From: an uncultured Solirubrobacterales bacterium
GTDB lineage: Bacteria > Actinomycetota > Thermoleophilia > Solirubrobacterales > Solirubrobacteraceae
Assembly (NCBI GenBank): GCA_963710785.1
Contig: CAVQBM010000007.1
Coordinates: 298,246-362,245, forward strand
Direction of reading: 5' to 3'
DNA: 64,000 nt
The translations under genes and the position numbers were made by a program. The notes under the pieces were generated by a model that saw nothing but the letters and a program-made list of their open reading frames with translations, searched no databases and was not told the origin of the DNA. Positions 22,065 through 35,718 of the stretch are shown here, one piece after another. The stretch's first letter is position 1. The number at the start of each line of letters is the position of its first letter.

Positions 22065-24323
22065 TCAGGCGAGCTGGCGCTCCACCTGGCGCGTCTCGTA
22101 GGTCTCCAGGATGTCGCCCTCGCGCAGATCCTGGAAGTTGGCGAGCACGATGCCGCACTCGAAGCCCGTGGCGACCTCGCGCACGTCGTCGTTGACGCGC
22201 CGCAGCGAGCCGATCGTGGTGTCGTAGATGACGGTGCCCTCACGCACGACGCGTACGTGCGAGCCGCGCGTGACCTTGCCCTCGGTGACGTAGGAGCCGG
22301 CGATGACACCGATGCGCGAGGCACGGAACAGCTGGCGGACCTCGGCCTGGCCGAGCGTGGACTCGACCTGCTCGGGCTCAAGCATGCCCTGCATCGCGGC
22401 GCGCAGCTCCTCGATCGCGCGGTAGATCACCGAGTAGGAGCGAATCTCGACGCCTTCGCGCTCGGCGAGCTGGCGCGCATCCTGCACGGGGCGCACGTTG
22501 AAGGCCATGATCACCCCGTCTGAGGCGGCGGCGAGCATCACATCGGACTCGTTGATGCCGCCCACGCCGCGGTGGATGATGTTGACGGTGACCTCGTCCT
22601 GAGGAAGCTTGGCGATCTCGTCCTCGATCGCCTCCAGCGAGCCGGCGACATCGGCCTTGACGACCAGCCCGAGCTCCTTGATGGCGCCCTCCTGGGCGAG
22701 CTTGAAGACATCCTCGAGCGACATCTTGCGACCCGAGCGCCGGGCGAGCGCCTCGGTCTTCAGGCGGTTGGCGCGTTCGCCCGCGAGCTGGCGCGCGCGG
22801 CGCTCGTTCTCGACGACCCGCACGAGCTCCCCGGCCTCGGGGACGCCGTCGAAGCCGAGCACCTCCACGGGCTCGCCGGGCCGTGCGGCCTTCACGCGCG
22901 TACCGACGAAGTTGTGCATCGCGCGCACCCGCCCGAAGTGCGCTCCGGCGACGAGCGCGTCGCCGACGCGCAGCGTGCCGCGCTGGATCAGGACGCTCAC
23001 GACCGGGCCGCGGCCGGGGTCGAGCTTGGACTCGATTACCGTGCCGGATGCCTCGACATCGCGGTTGGCCTTCAGCTCCTCGAGATCGGTGACGACCTGG
23101 ATCGTCTCGAGCAGGTTGTCGAGTCCCTCGCGCGTCTTGGCGGAGACATCGACGAACTCGGTCTCCCCACCCCACTCCGCGGGCTGCAGGCCACGCTGGG
23201 TCATCTCAGTGCGCACGCGCTCGGGGTTGGCGCCCTCCTTGTCGATCTTGTTGACCGCGACGATGATCGGCACCTCGGCGGCCTTGGCGTGGTCGATCGC
23301 CTCCTCGGTCTGGGGCTTCACGCCGTCGTCGGCGGCGACGACGATCACGGCGAGGTCTGTCACGCGTGCGCCGCGGGCGCGCATCGCGGTGAAGGCCTCG
23401 TGGCCGGGGGTATCCAGGAAAGTGATCTGCTTGCCGGCGTGGTGCACCTGATAGGCGCCGATGTGCTGGGTGATGCCGCCGGCCTCCCCCGCGGCCACCT
23501 CTGTCTCGCGAATCGCGTCCAGCAGCGAGGTCTTGCCGTGGTCGACGTGCCCCATGATCGTCACTACCGGGGGGCGGTCGACCATGTCGGCCTCGTCGTC
23601 TTCGAAGACCGGCTCGACTTCAACGTCGTCAGCGGCGTGCAGGATCTCGACCTCCTTGCCGAACTCCTCCGCGAGCACCTGGATCGCCTCATCGGAGAGG
23701 GTCTGCGTGAGCGTCGCCATCTCCCCGAGCGACATCAGCTTCTTGATGATTTCGGGCACCGGCACGCCCATGTACTCGGCGGCGTCCTTGACGGTGGCGC
23801 CCGAGTTGATGCGGATCGTGTCGGTGGCCTCCATCGCGGCGGTGTCGATCGGGGCGATCGTCTCGTCATAGGTGCCGCGCCGGCGGCGCCCACGCCGCGG
23901 ACGGCGCTGGGGCTGGTTCGCGGGGCCGCCCTGCTGGCGACGCGAGGCCTGGGAGTCGATCACCACACGGCGGCGCCCGCCCGGTCCTGCGGCGGCGGCC
24001 GGAGCGCGCTCGCCGGTGCGCGAATCGCGCGTCGGGCGCACCCGCTCGGCCTCGGCTTTGGCGGCGTCGGTCGGAGTCTCCGGTGCGCTCGCTGGGGTCG
24101 GGGCCTCCGAAGCGCCAGCTACAGGTGCAGGCGAAGGCGGCGGCGATGTCACAGGCGGTGCGGGCGCCGATGCACCGTTTGAGCCAAGGACCTTCAGCGC
24201 AGCGGACTCATCGATTGACGAAGCAGCCGCCTTGGCATCGACGCCGGCAGCATGCAGCTTCTCAAGCAGCTCCTTGCTCGTCATGCCCTGCTCTTTTGCG
24301 ATCTCGTGCACACGCTTCTTCAT
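22065..24323 (-). CDS. infB: Translation initiation factor IF-2
   Basis: [21 protein letters not shown] and NKID motifs. Confidence 0.98.
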   Translation of the reverse strand: MKKRVHEIAKEQGMTSKELLEKLHAAGVDAKAAASSIDESAALKVLGSNGASAPAPPVTSPPPSPAPVAGASEAPTPASAPETPTDAAKAEAERVRPTRDSRTGERAPAAAAGPGGRRRVVIDSQASRRQQGGPANQPQRRPRRGRRRRGTYDETIAPIDTAAMEATDTIRINSGATVKDAAEYMGVPVPEIIKKLMSLGEMATLTQTLSDEAIQVLAEEFGKEVEILHAADDVEVEPVFEDDEADMVDRPPVVTIMGHVDHGKTSLLDAIRETEVAAGEAGGITQHIGAYQVHHAGKQITFLDTPGHEAFTAMRARGARVTDLAVIVVAADDGVKPQTEEAIDHAKAAEVPIIVAVNKIDKEGANPERVRTEMTQRGLQPAEWGGETEFVDVSAKTREGLDNLLETIQVVTDLEELKANRDVEASGTVIESKLDPGRGPVVSVLIQRGTLRVGDALVAGAHFGRVRAMHNFVGTRVKAARPGEPVEVLGFDGVPEAGELVRVVENERRARQLAGERANRLKTEALARRSGRKMSLEDVFKLAQEGAIKELGLVVKADVAGSLEAIEDEIAKLPQDEVTVNIIHRGVGGINESDVMLAAASDGVIMAFNVRPVQDARQLAEREGVEIRSYSVIYRAIEELRAAMQGMLEPEQVESTLGQAEVRQLFRASRIGVIAGSYVTEGKVTRGSHVRVVREGTVIYDTTIGSLRRVNDDVREVATGFECGIVLANFQDLREGDILETYETRQVERQLA

Positions 24324-24586
24324 GGGTTAACCAATTCTACGAGTTCAGGGCCCGATCTCACCTTGCAGCGCAACGCCCGTGCAACACCTCCGCGTCGCTC
24401 GGCCAGCTTTAGGCACTCGGAGTCGAGCCCGTTCGCACTGCGACACAGGTAGGCCCCACGCCCGGGCAGCACGCCCTTGCGGTCGAGGACGGCGACGCGG
24501 CGACGCCCCTCACCGCTTGCGGCGAGGCGCACCAGCTCGGGCTTCGGCGCGACGCGCCCGCAACCGACGCACCGGCGCCGGGGCAC
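24320..24586 (-). CDS. ylxR: YlxR/DUF448 RNA-binding protein
   Basis: PRRRCVGC...GRGAYLC; located between nusA and infB. Confidence 0.88.
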   Translation of the reverse strand: MPRRRCVGCGRVAPKPELVRLAASGEGRRRVAVLDRKGVLPGRGAYLCRSANGLDSECLKLAERRGGVARALRCKVRSGPELVELVNP

Positions 24587-24594
24587 ATGGCCGG

Positions 24595-25871
24595 TTATGG
24601 CGCGGTCTCCGGGGCGAGGTCGGCGATGTTGTCCGAGGCGATTCCCGCGAGAGCTTGATGGCTCTCCAGCCCGCAATAGCGCGAGCCCGGGAGCGAGGCG
24701 TTGGGGCAGCGGCGGCCGTTTGAGAGGATCGCCGCGCAGCGGCCCTGGACCTCCTCCTCCTCGTAGCCGTGCTCGGCCTCCTCGGCGGCGAATTCTGTCT
24801 CCGAGCGGATGTCTACGCGCCAGCCGGTGAGCCGCGCGGCCAGACGCGCGTTCTGGCCCTCGCGTCCGATCGCCAGCGAGAGCTGATCGTCGGGCACGAT
24901 CACGGTGGCCTGCTTGGCCTCGTCGTCGACAAGCACCTCGCGTACGCGTGCGGGCGAGAGCGCCTTGGCGACGAAGCGGGCGGGCTCCTCGTTGAAGGGG
25001 ATGATGTCGATCTTCTCGCCGCGCAGCTCGGAGACGACCATGCGTACGCGCGAGCCACGCGGGCCGACGCAGGCTCCACGGGGTCCACGCCGTCGGTGTG
25101 GGAGATCACCGCGATCTTCGAGCGGTAGCCGGGCTCGCGCGCGACGTTGGCGATCTCCACGAGACCGTCGGCGATCTCGGGCACCTCGAGCTCGAAGAGC
25201 TTCTTGATCAGCTCGGGGTCGCGGCGAGAGACGATGATGGAGGGACCTTTGGTGGAGGGCGAGACCTCCTTGATGACCGCCTTGATGCGCTGCGAGTGGT
25301 CGTAGCGCTCGCCCTCGACCTGCTCGGACTTGGGCAGCAGCGCCTCGACGCGCTCGCGCAGCTGCACGAGCGTGTAGCGCGAGTCGGACTGTTGCACGAT
25401 GCCGGTGATCAGCTCGCCCACGCGGTCGCGATATTCCTCGAACATCATGTCGCGCTCGGCCTCGCGGATGCGCTGCAGGATCACCTGCTTGGCGGTCTGC
25501 GCGGCGATCCGCCCGAAATCGTCGGGGGTGACATCGCGTTCGCCGATTTGGTCGCGGTACTCGGCGAACTTGGCGGGATCGATTTCGGGTTCCTCGGGCT
25601 CGCGCAGCTCGCCGGTCTCGGGGTCCACGACGGTGCCCTCGTCGATCGTCTCGACGATCAGGTGCGCCTCCAGACGCTCGGGGATGATCAGTTCGATCAC
25701 ACGAAAGTCGGCGGTCTCGCGGTCCATCTCCACGCGCGCGTACTTGGCCGAGCCGGGCTGCTTCTTGTAGGCGGAGAGCAGCGCGTCCTCGAGCGCGATC
25801 ATCAGCTTCTCGGGCTCGATGCCCTTCTCGCGCGCCAGCGCATGCATGGCTTCCAGGATTTCGCGTGACAT
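24595..25871 (-). CDS. nusA: Transcription factor NusA (frameshift near 25075) with a C-terminal Cys3His extension
   Basis: [20 protein letters not shown] and [14 protein letters not shown] motifs. Confidence 0.95.
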
Positions 25872-25874
25872 GGG

Positions 25875-26300
25875 CTACTCCTCAACCAGGGTCGAACGAC
25901 GGATCTCCGCGTAGGGGATCGCGATCACGCCCCCGTCGGCGGCCAGGGTGACCTCGCTGTCGGTGGCCCCAACGAGCTCCCCGGTAAAGCTACGCCGCCC
26001 TGGCGAGGACGGCCTTGGCTCACGCGTGCGCACCCGCGCGCGGCGCCCCACGAAGCGGCGGAAGTGGTCGGGTTTGGTGAGCGGGCGCTCGGCGCCGGGA
26101 GAGGAGACCTCCAGGGCGTAGCGCTCGCGCAGCGGCGCCAGCGCGAGCGTGACGCGCTCGCACAGCGCGAGCGTGACGCCGTCGGGGTGGTCGATGAACA
26201 CGCGCAGGGTGCTGCCGCCAACGATCTCGGCCAGCAGCACCTCGACCTGGGGCTCGCCCCCGGCCAGCAGCTGCTCGATCTCTGTCTGCAATGCGTTCAT
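25875..26300 (-). CDS. rimP: Ribosome maturation factor RimP
   Basis: [14 protein letters not shown] motif; upstream of nusA. Confidence 0.95.
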   Translation of the reverse strand: MNALQTEIEQLLAGGEPQVEVLLAEIVGGSTLRVFIDHPDGVTLALCERVTLALAPLRERYALEVSSPGAERPLTKPDHFRRFVGRRARVRTREPRPSSPGRRSFTGELVGATDSEVTLAADGGVIAIPYAEIRRSTLVEE

Positions 26301-26317
26301 GGACTCCTCCTGACATT

Positions 26318-26343
26318 AAAAAGAGCGGGCTCACCGCCCACTC
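26318..26343 (-). terminator. rimP leader hairpin (attenuator-like)
   Basis: GAGTGGGC-GGTGA-GCCCGCTC followed by TTTTT, just upstream of the rimP RBS. Confidence 0.75.
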
Positions 26344-26409
26344 CCGGTACGACTGCCGGCGTCTGCACGCGGGCACGAAAGCTGTGGATCGAGAATAGCA
26401 TCGGCGCCG

Positions 26410-27696
26410 TCAGGCGCTTGCACGCAGCGCTGCGACCGCATCGAGGATCGACTCGGCGACGCTCTCCTTCCCCGCGCGCGGAACGTGCCGATCGCCGCCC
26501 GCGGTAACGATCGTGACCTCGTTCTCGAGCGCTTGAAAGCCGATGTCCGAGCGGGAGATGTCGTTGACGACGACGGCATCGAGGCACTTCTGCTCGAGCT
26601 TGCCGCGGCCATACTCCAGGGCGCCCGCGCCGTGCTCGGCGGCGAATCCGACGAGCGTCTGTCCCTCGCGCCGATGGGCCGCCAGGCCACACAGCACGTC
26701 AGGCGTGGCTTCGAGCTCAAGGCGCAGATGCTCCTGGCCGGCCTTTTTGATCTTGCCGTTGCTCGGCGCCGCGGGCCGGAAGTCGGCGACGGCAGCCGCC
26801 ATCAGCAGGACATCGCACGCGGGGAACTCCTCTTCGCAGGCCGCCTGCAGCTCGGCGGCCGTGGGCGCATCGCGCCAGGCCACCCCCTGCGGGCGGGGCA
26901 GCGCAATGTTGGCTGCGACCACCGTCACATGCGCGCCGCGGGCATGGGCCGCCTGCGCGAGGGCAAGTCCCATGCGCCCGGAGGAGCAGTTGCCCACATA
27001 GCGAACGCTGTCGATCGGCTCGCGTGTGCCCCCGGCGGTGACGAGCACGTTCAGGCCCCGCCAGGCGCCCGCAGCCGCCCCGTCGCCGGACGCGCCGATG
27101 TGAGACGACCCGCCGTCTGTGGTGCGGACCAGCATGGCCTCACACTCCTCGAGCAGCCGAGCTGGCTCGGCGAGGCGCCCCAGTCCCGCCTCGCCCTTGG
27201 ATGCAAGACGACCCACCGTGGGCTCGATCACGTGCACGCCGCGCTCACGCAGAACCTGCAGGTTGGCCTGAGTGGCCGGGTGCTCATACATCGCGTTGTT
27301 CATCGCGGGCGCGACGACCAGCGGGCAGGTGGCCGCGAGCGCCGAGGTGCTGAGCAGGTTGTCGGCGAGGCCGTGCGCGAGCTTGGCCAACGTGTTGGCC
27401 GACGCGGGCGCGATCAGGTAGAGGTCAGCGTTGGCGACCAGCTCCAGATGGCTCAGCGGCTCATGCGCGGGCGGCGTCTGTCCGGGAAACGCACCGCGCA
27501 TCGGATCGCGCTCGAACTCATCGCTGAGCACCGGCGCACCCGTCAACGCCACAAAGGAAGCCTCACCGACGAAGCGCAGCGAGGTGGGCGTCTGCACCAC
27601 CCGCACCGCGTGCCCCGCCGCTGTCGCCAGGCGCACGAACTCGAGCGCCTTGTAGGCGGCGATACCACCGCTGACGCCGAGCAGAATCCGGGGCAT
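26410..27696 (-). CDS. coaBC: Phosphopantothenoylcysteine decarboxylase/ligase
   Basis: GGIAAYK, APAMN, TAGGTREPID and GFAAE motifs. Confidence 0.96.
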   Translation of the reverse strand: MPRILLGVSGGIAAYKALEFVRLATAAGHAVRVVQTPTSLRFVGEASFVALTGAPVLSDEFERDPMRGAFPGQTPPAHEPLSHLELVANADLYLIAPASANTLAKLAHGLADNLLSTSALAATCPLVVAPAMNNAMYEHPATQANLQVLRERGVHVIEPTVGRLASKGEAGLGRLAEPARLLEECEAMLVRTTDGGSSHIGASGDGAAAGAWRGLNVLVTAGGTREPIDSVRYVGNCSSGRMGLALAQAAHARGAHVTVVAANIALPRPQGVAWRDAPTAAELQAACEEEFPACDVLLMAAAVADFRPAAPSNGKIKKAGQEHLRLELEATPDVLCGLAAHRREGQTLVGFAAEHGAGALEYGRGKLEQKCLDAVVVNDISRSDIGFQALENEVTIVTAGGDRHVPRAGKESVAESILDAVAALRASA

Positions 27697-27711
27697 GAGG
27701 CCCTATCGACC

Positions 27712-27939
27712 CTAGCGGTAGTGGTACTTGATCTTCCCTGCAGCTACCTCCTCGAGGGCGATCGTGAGGTAGTTCTTGGAGACCGTTTCGATCATCGGCG
27801 GGGGGAACTCGTCGAAGGTGCCCTCACCGAGGTTGTGGTAGTAGCTGTTGATCTGCCGCGCGCGCTTGGCGGCGACCAGCACGCTGGCGTAGTTGGAGTC
27901 GACGTTATCGAGCAGACGATCGATGCGGGGTGAGATCAC
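27712..27939 (-). CDS. rpoZ: RNA polymerase omega subunit
   Basis: SNYASVLVAAKRARQIN. Confidence 0.95.
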   Translation of the reverse strand: MISPRIDRLLDNVDSNYASVLVAAKRARQINSYYHNLGEGTFDEFPPPMIETVSKNYLTIALEEVAAGKIKYHYR

Positions 27940-27988
27940 TGGGTCGGCCTTTCGTGGTTGAGCTTCAAGTGTAGTGCGCGCAGAGCCC

Positions 27989-28546
27989 TCAGCCGATCTC
28001 CCCGGCGACGATGCCGGTCAGCTCCTGCAGCGCGTCCTCGAGGTTGTCATTGACCACCACGTGGCCGAACTCGGGCTGGGCGGCCAGCTCGGCCTCGGCG
28101 ACGCGCAGGCGGCGCTCGACCTCCTCACGGTCGTCTGTGCCGCGCTTCTCCAGGCGGTGACGCAGATCCTCGAGCGATGGCGGCGCGATGAAAACCTGCA
28201 CTGCTTCGGGCAGCGCGGCGCGCACCTGACGCGCGCCCTGCACCTCGATCTCGAGCACGACGGGCACTCCGGCGCGAACACGTCGTTCAAGCTCCGAGCG
28301 CAACGTGCCATAGCTGCGACCCGCGTAGTCGGCGTGCTCGACGAAGTCGCCTGCCGCGACACGCCGATCGAACTCCTCGCGTGTGAGGAAGTGGTAATCC
28401 ACGCCATCCTCCTCTTCGGAGCGCGGGGCTCTCGTGGTGGCGGACACGGACAGCTCGAGCGCCTCAAGGCGCTCCATCAGCCCACGGATCAACGTCCCCT
28501 TGCCGACCCCGGAGGGGCCGGTGATCACAAACACGCGCGCTGTCAC
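27989..28546 (-). CDS. gmk: Guanylate kinase
   Basis: GPSGVGKGT and SVSATTRAPR motifs; GTG start 7 nt after TAGGGT. Confidence 0.95.
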   Translation of the reverse strand: MTARVFVITGPSGVGKGTLIRGLMERLEALELSVSATTRAPRSEEEDGVDYHFLTREEFDRRVAAGDFVEHADYAGRSYGTLRSELERRVRAGVPVVLEIEVQGARQVRAALPEAVQVFIAPPSLEDLRHRLEKRGTDDREEVERRLRVAEAELAAQPEFGHVVVNDNLEDALQELTGIVAGEIG

Positions 28547-28614
28547 GTCGGGCACCCTAGTGCGGGGATCGGGGGAACGAACGACGGGATCGGAGGAGCC
28601 GAGCGAGCCGGCCA

Positions 28615-28959
28615 CTAGCGTCGAAGCAGGGACACGAGCTCTGAACGCTGGCGCTCGGAGAGCCCGCCGATCGTCTTGCTCGGCGAGATGCGGCAGTGGG
28701 CGAGGATCTTGTTGACCTTGACGCGTCCGTATTTGGGGACGGCGAGCATCATGTCGCAGACCTTGGCGGTCTCGATGTACTCGGGGGGCTTGAGCAGGAG
28801 GGTGTGGATCGAGAGCCGCCCGGAGCGCAGATCGCGTTTGAGCTGGGCGCGCTTGGTGCGGATGAGGTTGGCTCGCGCGAGGGCGTCCATCCTCTGATTG
28901 AGGGAGCGCTCGGGGGCAGCCGCATGAGGGGGGGACGTCGTGCCCGTCGCCATCGCCAT
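28615..28959 (-). CDS. mihF: Actinobacterial integration host factor (mIHF)
   Basis: RTKRAQLKRDL...VPKYGRVK...SKTIGGLSERQR; upstream of gmk. Confidence 0.9.
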   Translation of the reverse strand: MAMATGTTSPPHAAAPERSLNQRMDALARANLIRTKRAQLKRDLRSGRLSIHTLLLKPPEYIETAKVCDMMLAVPKYGRVKVNKILAHCRISPSKTIGGLSERQRSELVSLLRR

Positions 28960-29088
28960 GGGCGGCGAGTCTACACACCCGCGCGCCGCGAGCAAAGGAA
29001 AGTCCCGAATTGATGTGAACCTCAAGTTGAGGTACAGCAATGTAGAGGGTGGTGGACGGTGGGAACGCGTGTTTGCAGGGGTTTTCAG

Positions 29089-29964
29089 CTAAAGGCGGGC
29101 GAGGTCGCAGGCGATGCGTGTGCCCACCCAAGGATCGCGAAAGCTCTCGGTCCCCACGGCGATGAGAGTCGCGCCGATGTCCAACAGTTCGCGTGCGTGG
29201 CGAGCGCTCTGCACCCCACCCATGCCCACCACTGGGATCTTCACTCGCGCCGCGACGGCGCAGACCTGAGCGAGCGCGACAGGACGAATTGCCGGGCCGG
29301 AGAGCCCTCCGGTGGTGCCACCCAGCCAGGGGTTTGGCCCACGCCGGACCGGCGTGAGCGCCATGGCGCGCAGGGTGTTGATCAGCGACACCGCGTTGGC
29401 GCCACCGGCCTCGGCGGCCCGAGCGCATGCCGCGACATCGGCGGTGTTCGGGGTTAGCTTGACAATCAGCGGCTTTGAGAGGCAGGGACGCACCTCGGCC
29501 ACGACGGCCTGGAGCTGCTCAGGGTCGGCGCCGATGTCGAGACCGGTCTTGACGTTCGGACAGGACACATTGAGCTCCACGGCGGCGATCTCCGCACGCT
29601 CCTCGCAGGCGCCCAGGAGCGTGGCGATCTCTGCGGCGGTGGAGCCCATCACATTGGTGATGAGGGGAGCATGGACCTTCGCGAGCAGCTCGCTCAGCAT
29701 GGGCAGGTCTTCGGTCAGATAGCCATCGAGGCCCTTGTTGGGGAGACCGATCGAGTTGACCACCCCCGCTGGAGCCTCCCACAGCCGCGGCGGTGGGTTG
29801 CCGTGGCGGGGCTCCAGCGTGATCGTCTTGGAGACGAACGCCGCGAAGGGGAACTCGCCGAGCAGCGACTCGCCGAAGGCGGCGTGGGCGGCGAGCAAGT
29901 CGAAGGTGCCCGAGGCGTTGATCACCGGGTGCACCAACTCCAGCCCACAGAAGTTGACGCTCAC
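29089..29964 (-). CDS. pyrD: Dihydroorotate dehydrogenase, catalytic subunit
   Basis: NASGTF, ELNVSCPNV, KLTPN and GGLSGPAIRP motifs. Confidence 0.95.
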   Translation of the reverse strand: MSVNFCGLELVHPVINASGTFDLLAAHAAFGESLLGEFPFAAFVSKTITLEPRHGNPPPRLWEAPAGVVNSIGLPNKGLDGYLTEDLPMLSELLAKVHAPLITNVMGSTAAEIATLLGACEERAEIAAVELNVSCPNVKTGLDIGADPEQLQAVVAEVRPCLSKPLIVKLTPNTADVAACARAAEAGGANAVSLINTLRAMALTPVRRGPNPWLGGTTGGLSGPAIRPVALAQVCAVAARVKIPVVGMGGVQSARHARELLDIGATLIAVGTESFRDPWVGTRIACDLARL

Positions 29965-30760
29965 ACCGAGGCTCCGGCGTGCGCGTCAACATGTTCAAGG
30001 CGCGCGGCGTTGAACACCGGGCCCTCGACGCACACACGCGCGTAGCCACCGCCGCGAATGGGCACGACACAGCCGAAGCAGGCGCCGAAGCCGCACGCCA
30101 TGCCGGACTCGAGCGCGAGCTGGGCGGAGATGTCGCGATCGGCGCAGAGGGCGCGGGTGGCCTCGAGCATCGGCGCCGGCCCACACGCGTAGACGGTGGC
30201 GTTCGCGTCGCGGTCGAGCTCGGCGGCGAGCAGGTCGGTGACGAGGCCGTGGTATCCCACGGAGCCATCGTCGGTGGCCACCAGGGCGCTGTGCAGCAGC
30301 GCGGCGCCCTTGGCACGCGCGCCGTCGCGAAACCCGAGTAGCGCGGTCGCGGCGTTGCCGAGCGCGTCCTGCAGGATGGCAAGCGGCGCGATGCCCACGC
30401 CGCCGCCGAGCAGGATCGCGCGGCGGCCGTCGGCTGGCGCCGTGAACCCGACACCCAGCGGAGCGAGCGCCCACAGCCCGTCCCCCGCTCGCAGTTCACA
30501 GAGGCGGTGGGTGCCGGGACCGACATCCTCCAGCAGATAGTGCGCCTCTCCCCCGGCCCACCGTGCGATGGAGAACGCGCGCGGCAGGAATGGCCGCTCG
30601 TCTTCCCCGGCCCCCCATGCTTCCGCGGCGGCGAGCATCGCGAACTGCCCCGGCAGCGGAGAGGGGCCGTCGTCAGCCACCCGCAGCACGCGGTAGGCGC
30701 CAAGCTCGTCCATGCCGGTGACGGTGAGCAGCCGCCGGCCGAAGGGGGCGCTCGGGCTAC

Positions 30761-30764
<4 letters not shown>
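29961..30764 (-). CDS. pyrK: Dihydroorotate dehydrogenase electron-transfer subunit
   Basis: [11 protein letters not shown] and [11 protein letters not shown] (2Fe-2S) motifs. Confidence 0.92.
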
Positions 30765-33901
<3,137 letters not shown>

Positions 33902-33946
33902 GTCAGGTTTCCATCCACGCGGGGCCTGGGCCGGCGCCCCGACATT

Positions 33947-34033
33947 GAAGTGCCCCGCCGGGCTTCCAGCCCGTCGATTTGACGAGGACGAGCGACTTCC
34001 GGTCGCTCGTAACCGGGCCGGCTTTGCCGGCCC
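33947..34033. repeat. Palindromic intergenic module (REP-like) between carA and carB
   Basis: Hairpins ACGAGCGAC-ttccg-GTCGCTCGT (33988-34010) and GGGCCGGC-ttt-GCCGGCCC (34015-34033). Confidence 0.55.
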
Positions 34034-34063
34034 TCCAAACAATCCTCTTGTCTATGGAGGCGC

Positions 34064-35197
34064 TCATCGAGTCGTCTCCGCTATTCGCTCCAAAAAGCGG
34101 TCGAACAGGTAGAGGCTGTCGTGCGGGCCGGGCCCGGCCTCGGGGTGGTACTGGACCGTGCCGCCGGGCACGTCGAGCAGCTCGAGGCCCTCGACGGTGC
34201 GGTCGTAGAGGTTGACGTGCGATAGCTGGGCGGCGCCGAAGTCGGTCTCCCAGCGCACGGGCTCATCGGCGTCGATCGTGCGCGCGCCGCCGGGTCCGAC
34301 GACGGCGAAGCCGTGGTTCTGGGAGGTGATCTCGATGCGCCCGGTCTGGAGGTCCTTCACCGGGTGGTTGGCGCCGCGGTGGCCGAATGGCAACTTGAAG
34401 GTGTCGAGGCCGATCGCGCGGCAGAGCAGCTGGTGGCCCAGGCAGATGCCCCACACCGGGCGCTTGCCCACGAGCTGACGCACGGTGTCCACCACGTAGT
34501 CGAGCGCAGCGGGGTCGCCGGGACCGTTGGAGAGGAAGATCGCGTCCGCGTCGCTGTCGAGCAGCTCCTGCGCTCCGGTCGTGCAGGGGTAGAGGCTCAC
34601 GCGCGCGCCACGCGCGACGAGGTTGCGCACGATCGAGCCCTTGATGCCGGTGTCGAGCACCGCGATGCGCGGCCCCGGCCCGTCGCCGTGGTGGGTCACT
34701 TCGCGCGGGGTCACCACGGCGGCCAGATCCTGGCCGTCCATCGGCGGCTCGGCCTCGATCATCGCCTGCGCCTCGGCCTGCGGAAGATCCGCTGGGAAGA
34801 TCCCGCCGCGCATCGCGCCCGCCTCGCGGATGTGGCGCACGAGCTCGCGCGTATCCACGCCCGTGATGCCCGGCACGCCGCAGTCCTCCAGCCAATCCAG
34901 CCACCCGCGCTCGGCCTCGGGGGCATCTTCGCGATTGGTTGCGGCGCGCATGATCGCCGCGCGCGCCCACGGACGCTCTGACTCCATCGCGCGCGCGCTG
35001 GCGCCGTAGTTGCCGATGTGCGGGTAGGTGAAGGTGATCAGCTGCCCCGCGAAGGAGGGGTCGGACATCGACTCCTGGTAGCCGCTCATGCCGGTGGTGA
35101 ACACAACCTCCCCCACCGCATGGCCGTGCGCGGCGCAGGCCTCGCCGTCGAAGCGCGTGCCGTCTGCGAGCAGCACGTATGCCGTGGGGGTCTTCAT
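34064..35197 (-). CDS. carA: Carbamoyl-phosphate synthase small subunit
   Basis: GEVVFTTGMSGYQE, GICLGHQ and QYHPEA motifs. Confidence 0.97.
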   Translation of the reverse strand: MKTPTAYVLLADGTRFDGEACAAHGHAVGEVVFTTGMSGYQESMSDPSFAGQLITFTYPHIGNYGASARAMESERPWARAAIMRAATNREDAPEAERGWLDWLEDCGVPGITGVDTRELVRHIREAGAMRGGIFPADLPQAEAQAMIEAEPPMDGQDLAAVVTPREVTHHGDGPGPRIAVLDTGIKGSIVRNLVARGARVSLYPCTTGAQELLDSDADAIFLSNGPGDPAALDYVVDTVRQLVGKRPVWGICLGHQLLCRAIGLDTFKLPFGHRGANHPVKDLQTGRIEITSQNHGFAVVGPGGARTIDADEPVRWETDFGAAQLSHVNLYDRTVEGLELLDVPGGTVQYHPEAGPGPHDSLYLFDRFLERIAETTR

Positions 35198-35718
35198 TTG
35201 ATCAGCGCCTGCACGGCCTTGAACTCCGGTGTCCCCGCGCGTTCCAGCAGCTCGAAGAGAGCGGACTCGACCGTGGTGACGACCGCGCCCGCGCGCTCCA
35301 GGCGCTCGAGGCCGCGCTCGTAGTCGAGCTGGTGGCGCGAACCCACAGCGTCGGCGGGCACGTGCACCTCCATTCCCTGCGCCATCAGATCGTGGACGGT
35401 CTGTGAGACGCACACGTGCGTCTCGATCCCGCAAACGAGGATCTGATCGCGATCTTCGACGTCGAAGCCCTCGGCGCGCGTGGCGCTGAAGGCCGTCTTC
35501 TCGAGCACGGGCTCGTCGGTGAGCCCCACCTCGGGCGCGGTGTGCCCGAGCCCCTTCGGGTACTGCTCGCTCACCACGGTGGGCAGGTCGAGGATGCGCG
35601 CGGCGGCCACGAGCTTCGCGCACGCCGCTGCGACCGGGGCAAACGATGCGTAGCCGCGGAAGGCCTCCTGCACGTCCACCACTACAAGCATCGTTTGGGG
35701 GCGGAAGAGCAGGCCCAT
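35194..35718 (-). CDS. Isochorismatase-family (YcaC/ISOC-like) cysteine hydrolase
   Basis: VVDVQE, EQYPKGLG, KTAFS and GIETHVCV motifs. Confidence 0.88.
   Translation of the reverse strand: MGLLFRPQTMLVVVDVQEAFRGYASFAPVAAACAKLVAAARILDLPTVVSEQYPKGLGHTAPEVGLTDEPVLEKTAFSATRAEGFDVEDRDQILVCGIETHVCVSQTVHDLMAQGMEVHVPADAVGSRHQLDYERGLERLERAGAVVTTVESALFELLERAGTPEFKAVQALIK

Noticed and set aside
28562-28610. Imperfect ~20-bp tandem duplication (GGGATCGG...GA) between mIHF and gmk
   Set aside because: Only two degenerate copies with no spacers or cas genes; not a CRISPR array.
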